Positions 50,829 to 59,330 of a stretch of 64,000 nucleotides of DNA are shown piece by piece (the first letter of the stretch is position 1; each line of letters opens with the position of its first letter). Made by a program: the position numbers and the translations under genes. The notes beneath the pieces are model-generated. The model was given only the letters and a program-made list of their open reading frames with translations. It did not search any database and was not told the DNA's origin. The stretch lies in assembly GCA_031411295.1 (NCBI GenBank), contig JANOAV010000215.1, forward strand, positions 1 to 64,000. The letters are read 5' to 3'. Origin of the DNA: Verrucomicrobiales bacterium (GTDB lineage Bacteria > Verrucomicrobiota > Verrucomicrobiia > Verrucomicrobiales > V1-33).

Positions 50829-51517
50829 GCGATAAAAGAACTGCCGCGCCACAATTGGGTCCAACCGGATTGGCCATCGATTTCCACGAAGAGAAACTCA
50901 TCCCCACCAGCCACCGGCCGACTGTAGTCCCAGTAGCGGAATTTCTTGAACGGTTCCTTCCGTGCTGCGGCCTCGCTGGAGGCGTGATGATGCTCGCACG
51001 CGGATGCCTCCCAAGGGCCCTGCAGTTGATTGAGTCGGGTAAATTGAGTTGGCACGCCACTGGGATCATCCTCAATATTGAAGATGCCGGTGGGATCTTC
51101 CAGCAGCGCCTCGAAATCCTGATCGTAGGAAAATTCATCGTGCCGCCGGAGCAGGAGTTTATCCCAGCCATGCTCCGCACTGGGCAGACACCGCACGCGG
51201 ACGTAATTCACATTGCCCTGACGCGGGGTGATTCTTAAATGATAGTCGATAAAATCAAACGACTTCCCACCTAGGCTGCGGACCACATGACGCACCGTTT
51301 CCACCACCACCAAGGCATCCCCGAACTCCGGTCCGTGGCTTAAATTCAGGGGCGCAGGCACGCCGGGCTCCCATTCGAGAGGATTGGGGTAACTGTCAGG
51401 ATAGGCTACGGGATGCGTGCCATTGCTGGAGCCATGACTCCCGCGCGCCCAGTCGAGGAACATTTCCCAAAGCGTCCGTCCCTCGGGATGTTTGTCAGCG
51501 TAGGATTCTGGTTCCAT
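50825..51517 (-). CDS. DUF4178-like beta-rich protein
   Basis: Two related beta units ending YWDY..FLFVE..GW..W.G; family call tentative. Confidence 0.6.
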   Translation of the reverse strand: MEPESYADKHPEGRTLWEMFLDWARGSHGSSNGTHPVAYPDSYPNPLEWEPGVPAPLNLSHGPEFGDALVVVETVRHVVRSLGGKSFDFIDYHLRITPRQGNVNYVRVRCLPSAEHGWDKLLLRRHDEFSYDQDFEALLEDPTGIFNIEDDPSGVPTQFTRLNQLQGPWEASACEHHHASSEAAARKEPFKKFRYWDYSRPVAGGDEFLFVEIDGQSGWTQLWRGSSFIA

Positions 51518-51521
51518 GATC

Positions 51522-51761
51522 CTAGCCGGAAACAATGGTGGAGACCACGCTGCCGATGACGTAGCAGAGGCCCAGAATGAAGGCGCCCACGACTACCGCC
51601 ATCGCCATATTCCCCTTCTTAATTTCTTCGTCGAAATCGAGTCGCTTCAGCACAATGTCGAAGATTTTGTAGCCAGCAATGACCAGCAGGATGGCCAGAA
51701 GCCCGAAGGCGAGAGTGGCGGTGATATCGCCCAGGAAGTATTCAGGTAGATGGAAATTCAT
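51522..51761 (-). CDS. DUF350 small membrane protein
   Basis: YKIFD..DFDEEIKKGNMAMAVV. Confidence 0.88.
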   Translation of the reverse strand: MNFHLPEYFLGDITATLAFGLLAILLVIAGYKIFDIVLKRLDFDEEIKKGNMAMAVVVGAFILGLCYVIGSVVSTIVSG

Positions 51762-51844
51762 TGGTTGGTGAGTGGATTGGTGCGTGAGTTAGTGAAATGG
51801 TGAGAGTGAGTGAGAGGAGAAGAAATTGAGGCACGGGAGCGGGC

Positions 51845-52966
51845 TTACGCCGAGGCAGGTTTCCATCGTTTGAAGAAGACTAACCAGAGGACAAAGATCC
51901 CACCGCCGATGAGGATGAAGCTACTGAGGATGGAGGAACCACGGGAGTGGGGGACGTTTTGGTGGCTGACCGGAAGCGGAGAGGACATCGGAGCGGGAGC
52001 CGCTGGAGTTACCGGAATTACGTTCAGCGTGTTGCCACTCGCTGGAAGCGGATTCTCCTCGGCGGGCACTTCAATTGTTTCCACCGCTGCGGTCATGGCC
52101 TGAGGCTCGATGCCGGGTGGGACGTAGGTGGGATCAGGCGTGGGTGCGGCGGTGGCAACTTGCGCCACTTCCTGCGTTAAGGCGGGATCCGCCGCCACCA
52201 AGGCCGTCTGGCGGGCGGGGTCCATGTCGCTCCGATGGTGATAATACCAAGCGGCCCGCACCGGACGCGGTTGATCCAACAACCAATACCAAAACGGGCT
52301 GGAGTAGGAATCCTGGTAAATCACCACTGGCCGACTATAGTAGGAACTGAAGGCCGGGTAATGATGCACCACGCGGGTGGTCGTGGAGCCACCGCTAAGG
52401 TTGCTCGTGTTAGCGTAAGCACGGGACGCATACGACGAACGTGGTGGCATCGGCGGGAGTGACTGCGGGCGTGGAGCCGAGGAATAACTGGGCGCAGCGG
52501 CTGGTCGGGAATTGGCGCTGCTGGTCGGAGCCGGAGCTGGCGTGGGTCGGCTCTGGGCGAAATTTTGCGTGCTCTGCTGGACCTGTTTGGCTTTGGCTGC
52601 CGCCGTGTCTATGCTCGGCCCGCTGGGCGATGGGGCGGGGCGGGAAAAGGAGGAGGACGTGGCCGGACTGGTTCCTGAACTGTAACTGGACCGCTGCGAG
52701 CTATAACTCGGCGTGCTGGGCCGGGAAGGCGTGGGGCTGGGCGCAGGCGTGGAGGGGCGGCTGAAGGATGATGATGAACCCGAAGACGGGCGACTGGAGC
52801 TGGAACCAAAACTGGAGCTGGATCCAGAGCTGCGGGAGCTGGAGCCCCCGCTGGAATAACTGCGGCCACCGCCGCTGCTATATTTCCCCGCTTCAGCTGA
52901 AACGCCCAGCAGTGAGAGGAACAACGACGTTAGGAAAAAACGGGAGCGTAAAGATTTCCAATGCAT
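51845..52966 (-). CDS. Ser/Pro-rich exported protein with C-terminal membrane anchor
   Basis: Signal peptide, SSGG/SRP low complexity, aromatic core FWYWLLD..WYYHH, C-terminal TM plus KRWK. Confidence 0.75.
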   Translation of the reverse strand: MHWKSLRSRFFLTSLFLSLLGVSAEAGKYSSGGGRSYSSGGSSSRSSGSSSSFGSSSSRPSSGSSSSFSRPSTPAPSPTPSRPSTPSYSSQRSSYSSGTSPATSSSFSRPAPSPSGPSIDTAAAKAKQVQQSTQNFAQSRPTPAPAPTSSANSRPAAAPSYSSAPRPQSLPPMPPRSSYASRAYANTSNLSGGSTTTRVVHHYPAFSSYYSRPVVIYQDSYSSPFWYWLLDQPRPVRAAWYYHHRSDMDPARQTALVAADPALTQEVAQVATAAPTPDPTYVPPGIEPQAMTAAVETIEVPAEENPLPASGNTLNVIPVTPAAPAPMSSPLPVSHQNVPHSRGSSILSSFILIGGGIFVLWLVFFKRWKPASA

Positions 52967-53076
52967 GATGGAGCGCAGTGTAGTGGGTCCGCCGCGGAAT
53001 GCACTTCTAAAATTTCGTGCGTATTGTAATTCTGCAATTATTGGGGGACTGCTCGATGAACCTTGCACCACCCAAT

Positions 53077-53646
53077 TCAGGCGTCGGCGGCTTGCGCTCG
53101 TTGCAGGAAGCGCACCTTGGCGGCTCCATACTTGCGTTCGTCGATGCACGTCCAGCCCGCTGGCAGAGCGGGTTCACGCGCGAATGCCCAGCTTTCCAAA
53201 ATCAGGATCCCGCCTGCCGCCAGCAACGGTGGCAGGAATTCGCTCTTCAAGATTTCCGCATTCCAATCCCGATCCTCCGGCGTTTTCCGATACGGCGGAT
53301 CTGCGAAAATGAGATCATAGGGACCACTGGGGCGCGTCCACCAACTGTCCACCTTAGCCTGGCGCAGGTCCGTGTTGGGCAGCAGCTTGGCCTTGGTTAA
53401 ATTTTGCTCAATGGTGGTGATGCACGGTTTTTCCGAATCGATAAACAGGCAACTGCGCGCGCCCCGGCTCAGACACTCGATGCCATAAGCTCCAGAGCCG
53501 GCAAACAAATCCGCCACCCGCGCCTCCTTCACCCGATCCGCCAAAATAGAAAACACCGCCGACCGGGTCCGGTCCGTCGTGGGCCGCAACACAGTCTTCG
53601 GAGTGCGCAGAGGAATCCCTCCGCTCTTGCCTGAAATAATTCGCAT
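53077..53646 (-). CDS. rsmD: 16S rRNA m2G966 methyltransferase
   Basis: MRIISG, RPTTDR, DLFAGSG..GIECLSRGA, DPPY, YG. Confidence 0.93.
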   Translation of the reverse strand: MRIISGKSGGIPLRTPKTVLRPTTDRTRSAVFSILADRVKEARVADLFAGSGAYGIECLSRGARSCLFIDSEKPCITTIEQNLTKAKLLPNTDLRQAKVDSWWTRPSGPYDLIFADPPYRKTPEDRDWNAEILKSEFLPPLLAAGGILILESWAFAREPALPAGWTCIDERKYGAAKVRFLQRAQAADA

Positions 53647-53783
53647 GGCATTCCATAGAGGCTTGGGCAGGACATTCAACCTGAAAGCAAGCACGTGTTC
53701 CCCAAGGTTTACCGCAGCGAAGGCACGCGAAAGCGAGTCTAGTGGAATTTGACAACTGGAGCGGTTGATTTCCATTAAGCTTC

Positions 53784-55094
53784 ATGAAGCGTTCCGTTTT
53801 AACTCACACCGGCTGGAGTCTTGCTGCTCTGGCTACTTTTGCCCTTGGATATCAGTTGGCCAATTCTGGTCACGCTGATCCTTCGTCTGCTTCGGCGCGC
53901 AGCGTCGCTGCGCAGCGTCAGGCAGAACAGGAAAATCAAAAGAGTAAAGTGCGTCAACCCAAAGCCACGGATGAGGCTGCGGCGGCCGCCGAGGCGGCAG
54001 GCCAACTTGCCCTGCCACCGCTGACCGCGCAGCAAATCGATGATTTGGCCAGAGATGCGTTTACTGACCCCAATCCACTCACGCGGAACCAAGCGTTCTC
54101 TAAGCTGCTGGCTTCCATGACCCCGGAAAATGTCCAAGCGCTCATGGCATCTCTCAAAACCAATCGGGCGGATGGTCATCAATGGAACCTCTTCCTCTAC
54201 GCTTGGGGTTCCATGGACCCAGCGGGAGCCTTGGCTCATGCAGACACTTTGGAGGGGGGACAGAAATTTGGTTTCCTGAACCAAACATTACCCGGTTGGG
54301 CCAGCAAGGATCCCGCCGGGGCCATCGCTTGGCTGGAAGGCATGAAGGATGGCGATGAGAAAAATCGCTTCCGCGGCAGCCTTGTGGGCGGCTTGGCGGA
54401 TCACGATATTGGCAAGGCCACGGCCTATGTGATGGAACGGGTGAAAGCGGGAGACAAGATGGCGGGCGAGTTTCTCCAGACCGTGACTGGGGAAGCGCTG
54501 CGCAAAAATGGTCCCGTCGGTGCCGCCGCGTGGGGCGCTACCCTGCCGGACGGTCCGCTCAAAGGCAGCGCCCTCGACCAGATTGCGGGAGCCTACACCC
54601 GGCAGGACCCGGCGGCCGCGGCTGCTTGGGCCGCTCAGTATGCCAATGCAGATTACGGTGCCCGGATTATCGAAGAAGTAAGTGACAATTGGGCCGCGCG
54701 CGATCCCAAGGCGGCCATCGCTTGGTTGGATACTTTGAACGAAGGAGCGAGCAAATCCGAGGGAACTTACTCGGCCTTACGCGAGTGGACCCGGCGTGAT
54801 GCCCTGGCTGCGAGCCAATATTTGGCGGCCATGCCGGCCTCTGCGACGAAGGATTCTGCGGTTAGTGGCTTTGCGCGCAGCCTGGCCCGGGAGGATCCCG
54901 AGTCGGCCATCATTTGGGCGAAGACCATTACCAACGAAGCTTCCCGGGTGAACACCCTAACTAAGGCGGGTCAATATTGGTTCCGCCGCGATCCGGCTGC
55001 TGCTGCCAATTGGCTTCAGTCCTCCAGTCTGCCGCCAGCCACGCAGGAAGCCATCCGCAATCCTCCCAAGGATGATCGCGGGGGACGAGGCTAG
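53784..55094 (+). CDS. Membrane-anchored W-x3-DP-x-AA-x2-W helical repeat protein
   Basis: N-terminal TM; repeats WASKDPAGAIAW, WAARDPKAAIAW, WFRRDPAAAANW. Confidence 0.8.
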   Translation: MKRSVLTHTGWSLAALATFALGYQLANSGHADPSSASARSVAAQRQAEQENQKSKVRQPKATDEAAAAAEAAGQLALPPLTAQQIDDLARDAFTDPNPLTRNQAFSKLLASMTPENVQALMASLKTNRADGHQWNLFLYAWGSMDPAGALAHADTLEGGQKFGFLNQTLPGWASKDPAGAIAWLEGMKDGDEKNRFRGSLVGGLADHDIGKATAYVMERVKAGDKMAGEFLQTVTGEALRKNGPVGAAAWGATLPDGPLKGSALDQIAGAYTRQDPAAAAAWAAQYANADYGARIIEEVSDNWAARDPKAAIAWLDTLNEGASKSEGTYSALREWTRRDALAASQYLAAMPASATKDSAVSGFARSLAREDPESAIIWAKTITNEASRVNTLTKAGQYWFRRDPAAAANWLQSSSLPPATQEAIRNPPKDDRGGRG

Positions 55095-55121
55095 CGGAAA
55101 TGATCGTCCTCACGCTTCACG

Positions 55122-56429
55122 ATGCACCGAGCCTTTGCGAACCTCCTTCCCGGTTTCTGTTTACTGGGAATGGTTGCCTGCGATTCGAAAGTCTCGAAGC
55201 CTGCGGATTCCCCACCTGTGAAACCAGAGGTGCGGACAAACCTTGCCCCGTTGGGTCAATCCCCGGACTGGCTTGATTTACAGGCTTATGACGGCACGAT
55301 TTCCCGAGCCGACTTCGAGCGTCTCCTGACCACCGTGTATGCGCTGCCCGGGGCGGCCCTCACCACGATCACGTTGGAGGAAGATTCGGTGAGGATCCGC
55401 AAACAGTCGCACTTGCCACTCACAGAGCCCAACGGAACCTTCGCACTGCGTTTCGGGACCCTGCCTAAACCAACCAATCGCTCCTGGCGCACCAAGGAGG
55501 AAATTCCACCATCGACCGATTCTGCCCGTCCGCTGGCAGGGGTGCGGATTGCCTTGGACCCCGGCCATATCGGGGGTGAATGGGCTCGGTTAGAAGAACG
55601 ATTTTTCCAGCCTGAATCTGGCCCTGCCATCTGTGAGGGAACCTTCACTCTGCTGACGGCCAAGCTACTCCAGCCGTTGTTGGAAGCGCAGGGAGCGACC
55701 GTAATGCTGGTGCGGGACCGCACGGAGCCACTAACGCCAGAGCGCCCCAAGGATTTCCTGAGGGCAGCTCGCCAAGAGTTAGAGCGCATGGGGATTGATC
55801 CCGCTAATCCGCCTGATAAATCAAGGATGCACACTGTGGAGTGGCAATCCGAGAAGCTCTTCTATCGCACCGCAGAAATTCGCGCCCGCGCCAAACTGGT
55901 CAACGGATCACTCCGGCCGGACGTTGTCGTCTGCCTGCATTTCAATGCCGCAGGCTCCTGGGGCACGCCGTCTGCCCCCAAATACTCTCAAGAAAATCAC
56001 CTTCATTTGCTCCTCAACGGAGCGTTCAGCCTGGACGAATTAACCCACGATGACGAGCGCCATGAAATGCTGCGTCGCCTCCTCAGTGGCGTGCATGAAA
56101 CAGAGTTAGGTCTGGCGGAGTCCGTCGCGAGCAGCTTGGCGGAAACGACGGGACTGCCACCTTTTACCTACCATGGTGGTGCCTTGCCAGTGCCCGGCCA
56201 GCCTTATCTCTGGGCGCGCAACTTACTGGCCAACCGACTTTACCAATGCCCCGTCGTTTACTGCGAGCCATTCGTCATGAACCATCAACCAACCTCTCTG
56301 CGGCTGCAAGCTGGAGACTACGAGGGCACGCAGGAAATCAACGGAACAAGTTATCCCAGCATCTTCCGGCAATATGCGCACGGGGTTTTACAGGGGTTGC
56401 TGCGATACTATGCGCGCCCTTCCTCCTAG
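55122..56429 (+). CDS. N-acetylmuramoyl-L-alanine amidase (Amidase_3-like) lipoprotein
   Basis: Lipobox MVAC; ALDPGH, E, CLHFNA, YCEP. Confidence 0.8.
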   Translation: MHRAFANLLPGFCLLGMVACDSKVSKPADSPPVKPEVRTNLAPLGQSPDWLDLQAYDGTISRADFERLLTTVYALPGAALTTITLEEDSVRIRKQSHLPLTEPNGTFALRFGTLPKPTNRSWRTKEEIPPSTDSARPLAGVRIALDPGHIGGEWARLEERFFQPESGPAICEGTFTLLTAKLLQPLLEAQGATVMLVRDRTEPLTPERPKDFLRAARQELERMGIDPANPPDKSRMHTVEWQSEKLFYRTAEIRARAKLVNGSLRPDVVVCLHFNAAGSWGTPSAPKYSQENHLHLLLNGAFSLDELTHDDERHEMLRRLLSGVHETELGLAESVASSLAETTGLPPFTYHGGALPVPGQPYLWARNLLANRLYQCPVVYCEPFVMNHQPTSLRLQAGDYEGTQEINGTSYPSIFRQYAHGVLQGLLRYYARPSS

Positions 56430-56436
56430 GGCCAGC

Positions 56437-59295
56437 TTACTTACTGAAGTTCGGATGCTGGGGATCGCCCATGGATTCCAAGTAAGCGATGAGGTCCAAG
56501 ATTTCGGCTTCGGAGAACGTATTCAAAAGGCCGGGTGGCATGATGGAGACCTTGGAAAGTTCGCGTGATTTTATGTTAGCAGCTTTGAGGGTGGTGGTCG
56601 CTGGATCAAAGGGGTTGGCCACGATGACGACTTTCTCGGGGGTTTCCTGCGTGATCCGGCCTGCAGCCACGGTGCCATCGTTCATCGTGAAGATGGTGCT
56701 GGTGTATTGCTCGGAAACGACTTTCGAGGGCTCGGTGATCGATTCCAGAATGTCCTGACGTTTGAAGCGGGTCGCGACGTTCGTGAGATCTGGCGCCACG
56801 GCTCCGCCGAGATCACCATAGCGATGGCACAGCGAGCACTGGGCGAGTTCGAAGTTCGCTTTGCCGCGGGCGAAGTCGCGTGCTTTACTGGCTTTGCCTA
56901 ACAGGGGCAGCAGATCAGCGGTGGTCCACTCTTTGACAAACTTCCGTGGTTCGGTGGGTGGTTTTGGGGCTGGCTTGAGTTGGGTCAAATCCCCCACGGC
57001 CGCGAGTTCGGCGGGCGTCATGGTGGCCTTGGCATCCTGCTGGATTTGTTTCAGGAAATTATTGAAGCTGGCCCCATTGTTGTATTTGATCCCGGCATCG
57101 GTGAACCACTGGGTCACGGCCAGCGGATGCTGGGTGGCCAGTCCGCCATTCCACCAGGAGAAATAATCGCGTCGGAGTTCCGGAGTCCAGCCAGACTTCA
57201 CGACGCGGAGAGCCACCGCATAGGTGACTTGTTCTTCCACCGTCGGTGCGACCTTGAGCAAGCCAACCGTTTTGGCAACGGCATTGGGCGCATTGAGCGC
57301 CAACAGAACTTGGCAGAGTTCGCGATTGATCGTTTCTGTCTTGTTGGGATAAATTGGGTCTGCTTGAGCAATCATTTGCTGCGCCACTTCGCCCGTGGGC
57401 ACTCCTTGACGGGAAATGGAAACCTGCAAGACGCGGATTTTGGTGAGCAGTTGATCTTCCGTCAGCGACGCTGCGGGAAATGCCGCCAAGGCTTTCACCA
57501 AGGCAGGTTGCGTGTCAGCAGCACCGAGACGAGCCAAGGCCAAGAGTGCGGTGAGAGCGGCATCGGGTTGCTTTTCCGCCAGAGCTTTGGATTGCCATTC
57601 AGCCACAGGATTACGCTCGATGGCCATGCGGGCCGCATAGCGCACGAAGCGGTCGGGATGGTTCAAGTGCGGCCAGGCGAATGCCACCGCCGTGGGGTCC
57701 GGCTTAACGTTGTAGGATTCCAACTTGTGGCGCAGGCTGCGAGCCTCGCTGCCATTGGGCTCATGGAGTTGCGCGGCGGTGAGTGGGGTAGCGGCTTCGG
57801 TTCCACTGTAGGAAACGCGGAAGAGATCTGCTTGCGTGCCGCGGCCCCCAACCGTGAAGTAAAGGGTTCCGTCATCGCCCACCAGGGCATCGGTTAGGTT
57901 GAGCGGGGTCTTGCCTTGTTTGCTGTGGAGCGATTTTGGGGCGACGAAGTTTTCCCAGGATCCACGGTAGCTCGCTCCGCCAGGCGTGAGGTGAACGGCA
58001 ATGAGTCGGCCGTAGGTCCAATCGCAAATATACAAGGCTTTCTGATACTTGGCGGGAAACTTGGCTCCGGTGCCGAAGACCACGCCGGTAGGACAACCAA
58101 TGCCAATATTCACGGAAGCTGGCAGGCCGTCCGCATAATATTCCGGCCACTTCGCGCTGCCTTCCCGGAAGCCGTGATCTCCGCCGCGAACCGAATGGAA
58201 GACCCGCACAGGGCGATACCATGGGCTGCCCCAATCGTATTCCATGTCACTGTCGAAACCGAACAGTTCACCATCCGCATTAAAAGCGATGTCGTAGTTA
58301 TTGCGTTGACCGGCGGAAAACATTTCGATGTCTTTTCCATCCAGATTCATCCGGGCCACATAGCCGCCTGGAGGTGGCTTGCCAGCTCCGAAGCCGTTCC
58401 CGTCTTCCATGCGCTTGATCGCAAGATCGTCCGCATAGTTGCGATGCGGAGAACTGGGGGCCAGATCCTTCGGCACTCCGGTGAAATTTCCGCACACGGC
58501 ATAGAGCATCTTATCTGGTCCTAACACCAGTCCGTGGGATCCGTGTTCGCCAGATCCTCCCTCCCATGCGCGGAGAAATTCCACGTCGTCATAGCTGTCG
58601 TCGCCCTTGGTGTCCTTGCAGCGATAAAGCGCGAACCCCTTGCTGCCCTGGCCGCTGACGTAGAGCACGTTGTCCACAAACAACATGCCCATGGTTTCCG
58701 AGACCGGAATGTGCAGGATTTCCTCCTTCACTGATTTGCCGTCCTTCAGCGTGACCCGGGTGATTGGTTGCTTGTTCTGACCGCCCAACAAAAGGCGTCC
58801 TTTCGGGTCTTTGGCGAGACAGATCCAAGAGCCGTTTTTGGCCGCGTCCGCCCGCAGCACATGTTCAATTTTGAAACCCGGGAGAGTGTCGAGTAGTTCG
58901 CCAGGCTCTTCCGTGAGAGCCGCCGAACTTGGGGGGCTCGAACCATCGGCCGGTCCATAAACGGCCTTGAGGATGGTGAGGGTTTTGCCAGCCGGGGCGG
59001 CAATTTCCATTTGTCCACCTTCCGGAACATCCTTGGTGAACTTCTCCGCACCACCGTAATTGTATTCCACATGCAGCTTCTTCGGCACGCCGTTGGCCGT
59101 ATCCCCAAAGATGCTATTGTTGGAAGCGATGGAGATACTTTCGTCCTTGATGGAACCACGCACCTTCTCGGTCACGTCAGTGGGATCTTTCCCTTTGGCG
59201 GCAAAGCCGGTGGCAGTAAGACAGGCGAGCATGATCGCAAACAGCGAGCTGTGCAGCCGCAGGGAGAGGCGGGGATGAAGTAGGATGGAGCGCAT
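56437..59295 (-). CDS. PVC-type heme c-binding dehydrogenase-like protein with N-terminal lectin-like module
   Basis: GEHGSH, GQRN, DSDME propeller; HEAT; CSLCH, APDLT, SIMPPGL. Confidence 0.9.
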   Translation of the reverse strand: MRSILLHPRLSLRLHSSLFAIMLACLTATGFAAKGKDPTDVTEKVRGSIKDESISIASNNSIFGDTANGVPKKLHVEYNYGGAEKFTKDVPEGGQMEIAAPAGKTLTILKAVYGPADGSSPPSSAALTEEPGELLDTLPGFKIEHVLRADAAKNGSWICLAKDPKGRLLLGGQNKQPITRVTLKDGKSVKEEILHIPVSETMGMLFVDNVLYVSGQGSKGFALYRCKDTKGDDSYDDVEFLRAWEGGSGEHGSHGLVLGPDKMLYAVCGNFTGVPKDLAPSSPHRNYADDLAIKRMEDGNGFGAGKPPPGGYVARMNLDGKDIEMFSAGQRNNYDIAFNADGELFGFDSDMEYDWGSPWYRPVRVFHSVRGGDHGFREGSAKWPEYYADGLPASVNIGIGCPTGVVFGTGAKFPAKYQKALYICDWTYGRLIAVHLTPGGASYRGSWENFVAPKSLHSKQGKTPLNLTDALVGDDGTLYFTVGGRGTQADLFRVSYSGTEAATPLTAAQLHEPNGSEARSLRHKLESYNVKPDPTAVAFAWPHLNHPDRFVRYAARMAIERNPVAEWQSKALAEKQPDAALTALLALARLGAADTQPALVKALAAFPAASLTEDQLLTKIRVLQVSISRQGVPTGEVAQQMIAQADPIYPNKTETINRELCQVLLALNAPNAVAKTVGLLKVAPTVEEQVTYAVALRVVKSGWTPELRRDYFSWWNGGLATQHPLAVTQWFTDAGIKYNNGASFNNFLKQIQQDAKATMTPAELAAVGDLTQLKPAPKPPTEPRKFVKEWTTADLLPLLGKASKARDFARGKANFELAQCSLCHRYGDLGGAVAPDLTNVATRFKRQDILESITEPSKVVSEQYTSTIFTMNDGTVAAGRITQETPEKVVIVANPFDPATTTLKAANIKSRELSKVSIMPPGLLNTFSEAEILDLIAYLESMGDPQHPNFSK

Positions 59296-59330
59296 AAGTG
59301 TTTGTGGAAAATCTATGGGAGAGCGGAAAA

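Noticed and set aside
53749..53778. TTGACA-based promoter giving a near-leaderless mRNA for 53784
   Set aside because: The -10 match is poor; cannot be supported without TSS data
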